A stretch of 64,000 bases of DNA from contig JBLDXI010000009.1 in NCBI GenBank assembly GCA_047495785.1, positions 930,001-994,000 on the forward strand. The letters are read 5' to 3'. This stretch comes from Lepidodermella squamata. Lineage: Eukaryota > Animalia > Gastrotricha. Position 1 is the stretch's first letter, and each line of letters begins with the position of its first letter. A program made the position numbers and the translations under genes. The notes below the pieces were generated by a model that was not told where the DNA came from, did no database searches, and saw only the letters and a program-made list of their open reading frames with translations. Positions 1 to 16,719 of this stretch are shown here, piece after piece.

Positions 1-1598
<1,598 letters not shown>

Positions 1599-4500
1599 TC
1601 AGCAGCAAAATTATAAAGAAAAAACCATGTAAATTGCCAGATAAGAAGTCAAACTATGTCATTTTAACACCCTATTTCAAAATTTAAAAAAAATTACAAC
1701 AATTTTCAAGGTGAACATCGAATGTTGCTCTGAGGTGACCCATTTGAGAAGATTCTAGGACTGTCAATGGCATTAGTATCATGGCGAAGCGGAGTGCATT
1801 TGTGCAGATATACCGCGTGCGACATTACGATAGACCCTGTTACTAAATATGATGTTTCAGAAGAAACCACTGCTTTTTCTTAAGACCGTCTTTCGCTCGA
1901 ACGCATTCAAGTAATATGCTAAAAATAATGCCCGCAATATAAGTGCTGCAAACGATATTAATGTGTAGAGGATAAGCAACTGACCGCCGGGTGAACCTTG
2001 CGGTGACGCAACAAACGCGATGTTGCGCAATTGCGCGATGCATGCATTAGTAAGTACCTACATAGTCCATGATGAAATAGCATGCTCGCCTCAGAAACAA
2101 ATAGAACAATGTTTCATGCGAAAGAATTGTATTTGCCGCTTGTCGCCGCGTCATAGACATTTTTCCTATCACTAAATATTGCAGCTAGAATAACATGGTC
2201 GCTCAGCACAAACACCCGCTCACAAACAGAACCAAATTTCTTTGACATTGCCGACCACTACTAGATAAAATATAACCGATCACAAATTTCGGGCTGCAGA
2301 CACAACTTTTCTGCTACCTAAACCGAGTTGTTATACGGCGCCTGAATAATGGAGCGAGCCTATAAGCGCTATCTCTATAGGTGGCAAAACAACCAGCTGT
2401 GAGCCATATCAGTAAGCAGAAGTGATGGTTTTTTGATGAAAATTGATAGCGATACCTACGAACATTTTTTGCAGCGGAACAAAGCAAACATAATTATACC
2501 GCAAAGTGTATGTTTAATGCTAATTTCTCACAACTTTATCAGTTGCTAATCTGCTCGTTTCTGGCCTAGAGCGACACGACGATTAAAAACAAAACGCTGC
2601 TGAATTGAATAGCAATAGCTATTGCAAGCTATCCTGATGAATCACGAGACCATTTCAAATAAACAATTTTCCGAGCAGATATTCTTTAATCAAGCGGTAT
2701 CACGCACATCAAACAAGACACATTTCTTAAGTGCGATAATTTTTTGTTTATCAATATCCTCTTTAAAAGAGCGTTCTATGCGCCGATAATCATGAGGTAC
2801 GAATAAAAGATTTTAATGCAACCTATGAAAATTAGCAACAGTCATCACTCGGTGGGGTTGTGAGTAATATTCTTTTGCTTGATGGAGGCGCGTGAAGATC
2901 ATCTCTCCAGCTGGGTACTGCTTACGCGCCACAGTTATCTCTCAAACAAGAGCTGTATGTATAACGGAAAAGACTTACGTTAAACTCCTAACACACAAAA
3001 TTCAAGTTAGTGGGCCATTCATTTTGATAGCAATTAAACTACTTTCAAGCTGTTTGTGGGCAAACTGATGGGCTATGGTTAGGGGCCGAAATAAAAAATA
3101 GCCCGCTTCCCGCTTTCGCATGTCCCGCCAACTTCAGATACGTTGCAAAAACTTGAAAGGTTAAATTATTTATTCCACCAATGAAGATAATTTCCCCTAC
3201 ATTGATGAAACGAGCTAAATTACCAAGAAACATCGCAATTTCTCGTTAAGCAATGGAGAAGGAATGGCAAAATTCGAAGTAATTAAAGCGATATGACGGA
3301 TGATAAGACTATAATGGCCAATGAGGGAGAAGTCGCCGAAGTAACTCACAAAGGAGCTGTGAAACACAAGCCATTAATATTGCACGGGTGAACAATTGAA
3401 GTATATTGCTCAATATCCAAACTAAGGTGTCTTAAGCTAATACCTGAATCAGAATAGACGATGGGTATAAAAAAACAGACAAATCGGGCCGCCATGTCTA
3501 TAGTTTTAGTTTTAGTTTTAATTTCGGGGCATAGTTTTAGAATGCAGGAGCCTGAATACCAGGATACGAGATTTTAGTTCGTAGATATTATGAAAATTAC
3601 GTCATGTTTCTTCAGCTATTAGTCAGCTATTAGTGAAATCTCTAAGATTATTGAAGAGCGCTATCGAAACTCAAAAGCGCCAGCTAACAACAGCACGACG
3701 TATGAGAGCGTCAAGCGTCACATGCAGCAGCAGAGAAATAAGAGTTCTATCTCATCTAAATTCGCAGCACTAAAATAATCACACTGATTGCAAAACAGCC
3801 ACCAGAGTCCAGAACCTAGAAATTCGAAGTTGCATTCAAGAATGACAATAGTACCGGCAGCCAATGGCAAGGAGCAACGCAGTTCGCGAAGTTGCACCTC
3901 TTGTCATCCAACAATTTAGTTGAAGTAGAGTAGTCGTAGCAGTAGTAGATGATTCATTTTTCTTATCTCTGAAGAGTTTTACAGCCGCACTCCTCGAGAG
4001 AAAAGGAGGATGATCTTTGATGGTCGCCCAAGAGCAACCGACCGGTGGGGACCCTGTAGCGCCCTCTTCGGGTATAAGTACCCGGCAGCAGTTAGACAGT
4101 AGGTTTTGCCGAAATAGAATATCGAGTCTGTCCAGCGAGGAGCAAGGAGTACTTAACCCCTTAAGAGGCTAAAGAGGCGGTAGTTGCTCGGGCCACGCTT
4201 AATAAGCACCACGGCTTGGATGCCTCAAATCGTTTCCATGAACCATTAGAAACTTGGAACGTGTCTCAGAAGTCAGTAGCTGATAGCTGAACATATGCGC
4301 GGACATATCTGATAAATAGCGATATTCCATATTCCGCATTCCGTATCTAGCGAGACACTTATCGCATCTGAGAAGACCCGCTATCAAACAAATATAATGG
4401 GTTTTGTTAAAAGCTCCTCCTGATCCTGCTTTCAAGCTTGTTGAAGGCAAGATTTTGGGTATGCGTTTCAGCTAGTCGATGGTCATGGTTCAGTCCTGAG

Positions 4501-5545
4501 TCCTGAGTAACCGGAGCATTCAATATTTAACATGAATATGTATACTATGTATGAAGTATCCGAGTATGAAGTAAGCATATAAAGCAATATAAAGCAATCT
4601 CATTGTCAATCTATCTCATTCAATCTCTCATGCAATCTCATCATAATTTTTCGGCATCTACTTATAATATTTGACCTTTAAAATAAATTATGAACAATAA
4701 GAAATTATTTATCACAATTATATACGAGAGCAAAAATTCAATATTAATGTTTATGTTGGCGTACCGAGAGCGACCGACCCTCTTGCAAAAAAGCCGAGAG
4801 GCCGCAGTCGCCAAGAAAGCTCCAAGAGGCTCCAAGGACAGAAAGAACATGCGAACTACAGGAACTTCCTACTTCCCAGCTACGAAAGAGTTTGCAGACT
4901 CATATCAAGGTTTTTTCTTGCCTACAAACTCAATTTAAATTCTTCTTTTTTAATTGCTGCGAATGAAAAAGGTTAGGTTCACTGTTTGGTTCATCCACGG
5001 GTAGTAGCCGATAGCCGAGCCCGAGATTGATGTAACATTACTTGGGCATGTGGTCCATGACTATGAATCACAATTTTACCGAATTGATTGATGATTTAAA
5101 CCTCTGTAATCGAATGAGTTGACGGGCTCGTGTCGTTTTCATTTACAGTATATGGTAGTTCTATTATATCTTTCTCATATCATATCAGCTTCTTTCACTT
5201 CTATCATTTCTTGAGTATGATCAGAAGACCATCTGATCAAAACTAGCGGCTCAACAGTAATTTTTGTCGAATAACTGCGATCAGGGTAAAATACTCAATT
5301 TTATTTCTGGCTCTCGCTAGTTCATTTCCTTATTTGTGAACATTCTTATTGTATATTTGTTCTGCGAATCTGCATTTGCCAGCATATTCCTTGAATAAAC
5401 GCCTATTTCAGGAAGAACTTATGGAAATGAAATCTTGTGGTGATTTATTTACAATCTTGTGCTGTAAATTAATTGTGTGCAGTCAGTGAACTGTTAATAC
5501 TCTTTTTGTACATTTATAGAAAGCTTTTTTGAATGGATTGATGGC

Positions 5546-7367
5546 ATGAGCAATTACTCCCGAGATTATTATCCGAGGGCAAGGTATGATATAAACTTTT
5601 ACTGTTGATCGTGGTTACATGTTGCCTAAACGATTATACTTTTAGTGGGCTAAGCCATCCATCGAAGTTGCCATCTGTTGCCCAAACCTTGCGCCGATAT
5701 CCGACGGATTCAACCTCTAGAGTGACTTCTTACATCACCCCTAAACCATCAAGTATTGGAATAGGACCATCTGAGTATCGTGATTTGAAAATTCACGCCT
5801 CATCAACAGCCGCGTCGCAGCCATTCAGCACGACTTACACGACCAGTTATAGCAGCTCTAATTCGTTATCTTCTTCTGGTAAAACGATAGTTATCAATTT
5901 GACATTGAGAGTAATCTATGGTTAACTTGTACAGATGTGACTCTGACTAGAAAACCTTCGGTATCCAATCATTTGCAGATGCTACAGCCCTCATATAGCG
6001 TCAATGATCGCAGTCTGCAGCCTGAAAAATCTGTGCCTATTAAAGTTCAGTATGCAGATGAAATCGTGGAACCCCAGCAACCGGTATTTTCTTTCTGCCT
6101 TAGATGAAAAATATCATTGCCGATGTGATTACAGAGACCCGGTAAACGATATGCTTCCGCTGGATTTTGTGGCCTGAGAAATTTGGGCAACACTTGTTTT
6201 ATGAACTCGGTTATTCAATGTCTCAGCAATACCAAATGGCTGCTGGAATACATTTTGAATGGGGAATATCGGAAAGATTTAAACACAACCACCAGTACTT
6301 GCAAAGGCGCTCTTATTTCGGCGTTCGCTGATCTTTTGACCAGCATGTGGGATGGTGTATCTACCTGCGTGTCTCCTTCGGCCTTCAAATCTGCTGTTCA
6401 GCAATTTGCACCTCGCTTTTCGGGATACAATCAACAAGATAGTCAAGAATTTCTTCGCTATCTTCTTCAAGGTCTTCAGGAAGACGTTAACCATATTCGA
6501 CAGCGCGTGAAAGTGAAACCACTTGATGACAAAGCAATTGATCAGCTGCCTGTCGAAGAACGTGCTGATATCTACTGGCAACATTATCACAAATTTGAAG
6601 ACAGCAAAATTGTCGATATTTTTGTTGGTCAGCTCAAATCAACCCTTAAAGTAAGTGATGCGTTGAACACATCATGAATCATAGCGATGAATCGTGGTTT
6701 TTATTTATTTATTCACAGTGTCAAGTCTGCGGATATGAAAGTATTGCTTTCGACCCATTTTGGGATCTTTCGCTACCTATTTCCAAAGGCTATGTGAGTA
6801 CACAAATGATTTTTTAATAAAATATTTTAATGAATTATTACCAGAACACGAAAGTCGATCTCCTTCAGTGTATTTCCAACTTCATGAAGGAAGAAATCCT
6901 TGATGGCCAAGAGCGAGCTAGATGCGATCGCTGTCAAAAACAGCAGCGTTGCACCAAGCGGTTTTCCATCCATCGATTCCCAAGTATTCTGGTCCTTCAT
7001 CTCAAGAGATTCTCGCAAGGCTCTTATGGAACTAAGTTGACCACCCTGGTCGATTTCCCTGTGACCGGTTTGAATTTGGCCCAGTTTTGTGATTCTCGTA
7101 AGCCAATTTTTCTATGTTCTCACTGATAACTAATCAATGAACTTTTTTGTAGCCCATGGCGGCATCCCGAGCTACGATTTGTATGCAATTAGTAATCACT
7201 CTGGAAGTATGTATTCTGGACACTATACTGCGTATGCTCGTCATCCTTACGATATGAGGTGGTACGAATATAACGACAGCCGAGTTTCATCAATTTCATC
7301 GAGGTCATTGGTCACTCCGGAAGCTTATGTTTTATTCTACGAGCAGACTTCACAGTCCAACTATTAG
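5546..7367 (+). CDS. USP2: Ubiquitin-specific protease, USP2/USP21 family
   Basis: 7 exons with GT-AG introns; Cys box GLRNLGNTCFMNSVIQCL, NQQDSQEFLRYLL, FDPFWDLSLPI, LVLHLKRF, His box NHSGSMYSGHYTAY...WYEYNDSRV; Ser/Thr-rich N-terminus. Confidence 0.88.
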
Positions 7368-8420
7368 CACCTCAATACGCTGTGCAGAAACCCGATGCTC
7401 TTTGGTTTCGTTTTGATCATTGGAACTTTTAGTTCTTTCAAAATGGGACGGGGTCACAAACTAAATGTTATTATTCACCTGTCATTACAAAATCTTTGAG
7501 TGTGTGTTGTTTGTTGTTTATGTTTTCACTCAGATTTCAAGAGTCGAATTTATTCTGATAAGTTAACAGCTATATTTTATTACTTCGTTTTCATATGACT
7601 GATTTTCTAATACGAATCGATAATTTGTTTATGCATTACTATATTGTTGTTGCCTTTTATATAAGTACTTCAAGAAACGAACAAATCTTCTGTTATTTAA
7701 CATTATTAGCAAAATTTCAAATGAATATTTTATATTTAAATTTAAAGATTATTTTGTTTAAATTGAAATGGGTGAATGCACGTGTGCATTGGTCGCATTG
7801 GTAACGCATATCACTGTACATATTACCACCGGGTTTAAGAGGGCAGTTTTTGGTATCGAACTTCTGCCATTATAGATTTCACTACACAATCTCGGCCATG
7901 TAATATCTTGGCTAATTATTGAATACTACTATTATTAGTATTTCGACGGGGAACGAATCTTTAATTGAAAGAGGAGCTTCGTATTGAATAGCCTTAAATT
8001 TTTGCGTGTCACGAACCTTCTTCTTGTTAAACCACAGATAATTATCCAGAGCATTATTCTTACTTTCTCCATGTTAAAAAAACGAAACTATAGAATGAAA
8101 ACCACTCGCGAAATAAAAGCGTTGAGACAGACAATAATCGGTGTTTATTTTGTTACTTTTCAACTACATAGAATCATGATAATAACTTGAGGGTTTCATT
8201 TGATAAAAAGCCAGAAATTCAGGAAATAACAAGGTAGTAGCGGATTGCAGTCGAGATGAACTAGCAAGCGTGAAGTCAATCGCGTCGAATCCAACGTCAC
8301 CATTGGAGAGCAAGTAAAAGTAGAAATAAAGTAATAATTTCATTCTTACAACGCTGTGAAATTAAAATTAGTTGGAATCAGTACAGCAGCACCGAAACGA
8401 CAATTAACATGATTAAATAC

Positions 8421-11400
8421 TCACATAGAACGATAACTTATCACATCGAAACAAGTGTCACAAACTCGAACAGGCTTTCCAAGACCAAATTTCAATATTG
8501 GCACTTCCTTAGCTGTGCATTTTGCACACAACAATCGTCCACAATGGCGACAGTGATGTTTTCGGGTGGTTATACCAAATTTCCCGCCACATTCCTGGCA
8601 AACTTCGCCGTTACCCCACGCAGGTTCCTTTTCGACTATGTCGAGAAGTTTAATCAACAGTTGCTTTGATGCGACCGGGAAATTGAACATGGAGTAATTT
8701 TGCCGGTTTACAGTAGCCAGTCTTGCGCCAACTTTAACCAAACTGCGGCACAAGGGAGCATTGCCTCGCATGTAGGCCAGCAAAAGTACTGTATTTTCCT
8801 CTTCGTCTTCCTCATCGATGTTATATTCGGGAAGAGCCTCTCGAAAAGCTTCGAAAATCTGAGCAGCATTTTCTTTGCAGTAGTGCCCAATACACAAAAA
8901 CGGAGTCAGCCCCCTTTAACATTTCAAATTTAAACGGCTAGAACATAGAAATATGCAGAAAGAAAACTTGCTTTCCATTCAGCATTGAAACGTTAACTCG
9001 GCCATGTTCGCTCAACAGCTGTTTTACCACGCCCAAGTTTCCTTCGACGATAGCAACATGCAACACTGTGTTGCCTTGGTCATCCTGAGCATTCGGGTCG
9101 AGGCCTTTTTCCAGCAAAACGGAAACTATTTCGGGTTTGTCCGACTTCCCAGCCAAATGAAGCGCCGTTTGTCTGGACTTGGTGACAGCTCCGAGATTAA
9201 TGTTTGTCAGCAATAGATGCCGAATAAGCAACTCAGAGCCGTGAATAGCCGCCAAATGAATCGCTGTGTAACCGAAATCATTGGTTTTTGCGTTGCCGTT
9301 AACTTGCTTTGATAGTAGGAAAAGAACTGATTCCAAATCCCCTTTCACGATGGCTTGGTGTAATAAGGTGTAACCCTTGCTGTCCGGCTATTTAAAATGC
9401 ATGATTTAATCTGAAAATTCACAAAAAGGACCTTACCAGCTCGGTGACATCTTTATTGCGATCTATCATAGCTTGAGCGGCGTCATGGTTGCGTAGAGTC
9501 ATAGCTCGAACGAAAGCAGTATCCCCAGCTTTATTTTTCACGGTCAAATCCAAGCCAGGATGAGACAGCAGCAAACGAATAACTGTTTGGTTTTGATTGT
9601 CAACGGCAATATGAAGAGCCGTGTTGCCATCAACATCTTGATCATTTATACGAGCGTCGCGCTCAATCAGGGCCTGAACGACCTGTTCCAAGTTCCAACA
9701 TGACGCCAAATGCAAGGGCGTTGATTTTTCACGAGCGATATCAGCGCCTTCTCCATTTGGACCGACCCGTCGCGGACTGTTGACATCGCAGTGATTATGA
9801 ACTAGAAAAACGGCAACCGGTTCGTTGTTTTCATCGATCGCGCGATGAAGCAGGTTTTGGAGCGATCCTTCAGGACCAGAATGCCAAAAATCTCGATCGG
9901 CTCCGAAATTGATAAGCTGCTGAGCAATTGTCAGTTGGCCTTTTTGCAGAGCAGACCAAAGAGGGCAGAAATCGTCACTTCGCAGGTCGTTCGGATTGGC
10001 GTTGTGCCGACACAGCGATTCAACAACTGCCGGCAACTGGCAATCAATGGAAAGTTCAAGAGGTGTTTGATTTTGCACAGTTCGGGTGTTGACGTCAGCA
10101 CCGTTGTCAACAAGAAAAATAGCCGTCTTCGTGTCTTTGTATAAAATAGCTTGGTGTAGTAAGGTAAGCCCAGCAGAATTTCTCTCGTTGACTATTTGTT
10201 CGCTTGTGCTACGAGATGATGCTATTGTTCCAGTTCCAGAGCTCAAAGCTACCAGCATTTGTTTGGCATAGTCGTGGAGGCCACACCAAAGCGCGAGTCT
10301 GTTTATTTTAATTTAAAATGGGAATGAGAAGTTTCTAGAATGTTTACGCAAATGGTGTCTGGTCAGCGGAATTGCGAATAGGTAAAGCCGGCCTGGATTG
10401 TTCGATGTGCTCAAGAAACAACTGGACAATTGATCGATGCCTTGATTCAATCGCCAAATGCAGCGCAGTCTGACCAGTCGTAGTACTTCCAGATCTGAAA
10501 AATTTGCAATAGGCATTGCCTCCCAACCATGAAATATATTATATCAGCTTACGCAACTGCTTCAGTCGTTTGCAGCTTAACATTAGCTCCGCCGGCCAAT
10601 AGATGCCTCGCAACTTTAACCAGCCCTCTTAGAGCAGCGAAATGCAATACTGTCAAACCGCGGCGGTTGGTCGCATCGATCTGAAACAAATCAAATTGGT
10701 AAGGGCAATGCGATGAATTCTGAGCTAACTTGAGCTCCGCGGTCGAGCAAGAATAGACAGGACTCCTCATTGCCGGCATCGGCAGCAAGGTGAGCCAATG
10801 TATCACCTGTTTCAGGATTAATAGCATCAGGAGATGCGCCATGCTCGATCAATTTTTCGGCGAAAAAATAGTCATTGTCTGATAGAGAAATCAACGCCAA
10901 GGCAAGAGCTGTCTGGCCCGCATTATTAGTGACTTCCAACTGCACGTTTTTGGATTCAATCAGTAGAGTGAATACCGGCTTGTTTTTTGTTATAATACTC
11001 GTTTGTAGAGCCGTGTTTCCCGTGCTGGTTTCTCGGTGCGTAAATGCGTTTGTCTGCATGCCAATATTTTTTAGCACATGTCTGGTTATTTGTTCCAGTG
11101 CCTCGCGTTGGCTATCGCTCAATGCAGTTGCATCATGGGCTGCTAATAAGTGTAGAACACCCTGCCCAGTACTATGCACAGGCAATCCAGGATTCGCACG
11201 ATTATTAAGCAGGAAAGTTGCCGAAAATTCGTCAACTGAATGAAGGCAAACCCGTAATTCATAATGAAAAATGGAAATAACTTCATACTTTTCACGGCAG
11301 CCTTGTGAAGCAGAGTAACGCCATCACGGCCATAGTGATTAACGTCCACTCCGTGATTTATCAAGTTAGTTGCAACTGAAGACTGCTTTGTTGCAAGTGC

Positions 11401-12564
11401 AATAGCCAAAGGTGATTCGCCCAATTCATCAAGCTCGTGAAGTTTCTCGTGTAACTTTAATAATATAAATAATGTGAAAAACAAAGGATCACCCGTTGCT
11501 AGAACTCACCCTGCTGCTAAATTCTACCAGATAGAGAAAAACAATATCCTCGCGACGAAGACGGATACATGTGTGCAGCGGGTATTTAGACTTTTCTTTT
11601 AAGATGCCATACAAACTTGAGGCCGACATTGCCGAGAAATCGTCGCTGCTGAATTTGTCCTGAAGCAAAATAATATTTTCAAGTCAATGGAGAAAAGGGG
11701 ATTCATTAAAAAACAAAATGTAAACATATCAACTAGTTACATGGCAATAAAACAACAAAACTATGTCTTCAATTTCTTGATTTCGCCTACCTCAGGTGAT
11801 TCGGATAGCTATAATCATGTCTGAAAGTTGCTAATAATAGAACGCAGCTCATTCATACTTACCCAATGAGTCGAAATCAACTCAGAACAATAATCCTTAA
11901 GCAATGGAGCGGACAGCTGTTCAGCGACTTGAAACAGCCGAATGCAGTTTTGCAGACCAACCAAAGAAACTAGGCTCCGCTCGCTTTTCTCTGACAGTGT
12001 TCTTAAATCGAACTGACGAGACGCTTTAAGCAGCCCGACAAGTAAAGTTTCGTTGCCAGTTAAAGGCAATTTGTCGGTATATACCCACTGAAAAAGGTGA
12101 TAGGCCACGTCGTGGTCCATGTTCCTCAAATCAAGCTCATCAATTGATGTCAGGTCGCCCCAGTTTCGACTTCTCGCATCGAGAACAAATTTGTGCGCTT
12201 TTAGAGAGCTTTGCTTTAAATGTATGGTCAAGTCGCTGAATCTCGCATTGTCGAATAGCTCAGCGACTTTCGAGACCAGTTTCCCGATGAAAGATCCGCC
12301 CTGGTCGCCATTTGGCCCATTGCTGTTTTCGTCACCATCTTCGATTCCACTTGGCAAGCGCAATCCAGCTGCATGGAACTGGGTCTTTAGCAGGTCGTAT
12401 TTTCGTTCGTAATCAGCGCATCGATTCTGAAGTCGCACGTATTCCTCTTTCAACAAACGTAGGTGCTGTTCGAGTCGATGAACTTCATCATCGGCTGAAA
12501 AGATACGTCTTGAAAGGGCTATGCTTGGAATTAAAAACTACTCACCGTGCGAGGGAGATTGCAT
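8421..12564 (-). CDS. ANKFY1: Rabankyrin-5 (coiled coil, BTB, ankyrin repeats, FYVE)
   Basis: N-terminal EVHRLEQHLRLLKEEYVRLQ coiled coil, BTB (FSDLTIHL...AHKFVLDARS), many ankyrin repeats, C-terminal FYVE (CQECGGKFGITTRKHHCRHCGRLLC). Confidence 0.95.
8914..8971 (-). other. GC-AG intron in ANKFY1 (58 nt)
   Basis: Only the donor AA|GCAAGT joined to acceptor TAAAG|G keeps the frame (NGK-GLTPFLCIGHY); the nearby GT donor is out of frame. Confidence 0.75.
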
Positions 12565-12610
12565 TACCCTGCTGCCAACACCAGAATTTTAAATTCAACT
12601 ACAAAGTAAT

Positions 12611-13391
12611 TTATTTAAAAAATATATAGATTGGGCGAGAAAAACTAGTAAATGAGCAACTGGTTTCGTTCGCAAAAACATAGCGGGTATATCCAAGAGT
12701 CATCAAATAACCGATAAAATCATCCGGTTTGAATGTGATTTCCTTGTAATTTTTGCTCATCTGAGAGCTCAGTTTACGCCGATGAGTATAAGAAGAAAAG
12801 GGCTGCGGTTCTAGAATGAAAACACCATTCTCGCGCAGATTAATAAAGCATCGTCGAAAAAACAGCTTCAAGCCCTCGTCGCCCCAATGCAGGTGGACCC
12901 ATTTCGTTACGTTCAAGCACAGTATTACATCGAATTCAGGACGGACCAAAGCAAGAGATGACTCGGTTTTGGGAACATAATCCGTGACTGAAAACTGAAT
13001 GATTCTCGCCGAAGTTTGAAGGTCATGAAAATAGTGCTTCATATTTTTACGTGCCACACTGATAACATGCGGATCGATATCAATCCCCACCATCTAGGGA
13101 ATAAAAAAATAGATAACGTATGTCATCTGATTACATCAATGTTACCTTTTTCGGAAAAAAATCGCGAGCAATAGAAAGAGACACATGACCAATGTTACAT
13201 CCAATATCTAACACGTCTTTCGAGTGGAACCATTCTGGGCGAAAAAACACCAGCCTTGGATCGGATGAGCGAAGATCGTTATCCACCTCTTCGCAATTTC
13301 TCGTGTTGTCATTGGCAACAGCTTGCTGTCTTTTACCGTAATAGGAGTTGTAATTACCATACACGAATTTACGCTTCTTTTTATTGTCCAT
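12611..13391 (-). CDS. MEPCE: Bin3/MEPCE-type RNA methylphosphate capping enzyme (catalytic domain only, ~245 aa)
   Basis: KFVYGNYNSYYG, DVLDIGCNIGHV, MVGIDID, FDVILCLNVTKWVHLHWGDEGLK, LEPQPFSSY, FSRPIYIF; one short intron near 13094-13144. Confidence 0.9.
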
Positions 13392-13475
13392 CGTTCATAT
13401 TTTTAACTAAACTCCTATGAAACGGAATCATAGGTTAGCAAATTTTCCAATTTGCAACATTAAATATACGTGGTA

Positions 13476-14425
13476 TCACGAGTCATGCTCCTGGGGACGT
13501 AACAAGGAATTTAAAAGCAGATGACCAGCACCTAGGGTTACAAGAAGGTTTAGACCGGGAAAAAACGGTGCAAAATAACTGACTTGTCAAAGTCAATCTT
13601 CTACGCCCAAGTCGATCATTTGCTCGAGGCTTTTTCGGAGATCTCTTAGGAGAAGAACTCGAGGGCTGATTGAGCGCCGCTCTAGGACCCTGTTGATCGG
13701 CATCTATCTCAATAACCAGGGGTGCCATGTGTTCTATTTCTCGTTTTCTCTTTTTTTGTATGGGTTTTGCAGCGGAGACGAAAGTTGTCGATAAGCGACG
13801 TCTGAACCTCTGGAAATCATTAAAATTTGTTCGACTTTGCAGGAAATATAGGCGAGATATACCTCTGTGGGATTAGATGAAAGATTCGATATCAAATCTT
13901 TCACAGCGTCTCCTTTAGAATTCGCTACGGTCAAGGCACTACGGCCGTACTGAAACGTGAAAGATGGTCAAAGCAGGCGATAATAAAATCAAGCTATGTA
14001 ACCTTGTCCTCGATCGAAAAATTAGCTTTAGCGTCTATAAGTAATTCTATAATTGGAGTGCACTTGCGCTCAATGGCCCAGTGAAGTGGAGTCATGCCAA
14101 GCAAATCTGGTAAATCGACATCAGCACCCCAATCGAGGAGGACTTCGACAACATCAACAGCGCAGGCACGTGCAGCTATATTCAAGGATGTTTGATTCAA
14201 TTTGTTAATTGCATCCACTAAATAGCCATTCTTAGCGAGGATTAAAGCCATGCGAGCAGATCCAGAACAACATGCCAAATGCAAAGCACTATTGCCCAGA
14301 AGGTCGGTTGCGACATGATTGCCACCAGTCTGAATTAGACGCTCCACAGTTTCATACTGTAGATCGATTACGGCTTGAATTAGCTCATTTGAACGCGTCG
14401 AAACAGAAGACGATGTTCGAATCAT
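13476..14425 (-). CDS. Ankyrin-repeat protein, GA-binding protein beta-like
   Basis: TDLLGNSALHLA...DLLGMTPLHWAIE resembles the GABPB repeats (TDWLGTSPLHLA / DMLKMTALHWATE); basic tail; stop at 13476 or 13483 depending on the last intron. Confidence 0.6.
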
Positions 14426-14610
14426 TTATATCAAAAACCTCTATGTACAATCATAGGTTGTTGAGCGGCGATTTAGTAATACAAAAGTGAAACTCAAATT
14501 ATTTAAATTCAAACATTTTGCTGAGAAACAGAAAAGTAGAGATCTCGTTTGCATAAGACTGTAATAACCAAAATTTAGCGCTTAAACGACACAGCAACAT
14601 GTCACATACC

Positions 14611-16719
<2,109 letters not shown>

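Noticed and set aside
7832-7920. GGTTTAAGAGGGCAGTTTTTG|GTATCG with a hairpin, resembling an SL RNA gene
   Set aside because: The leader does not end in AG and no Sm site (AAUUUUGG-like) follows at the expected distance.
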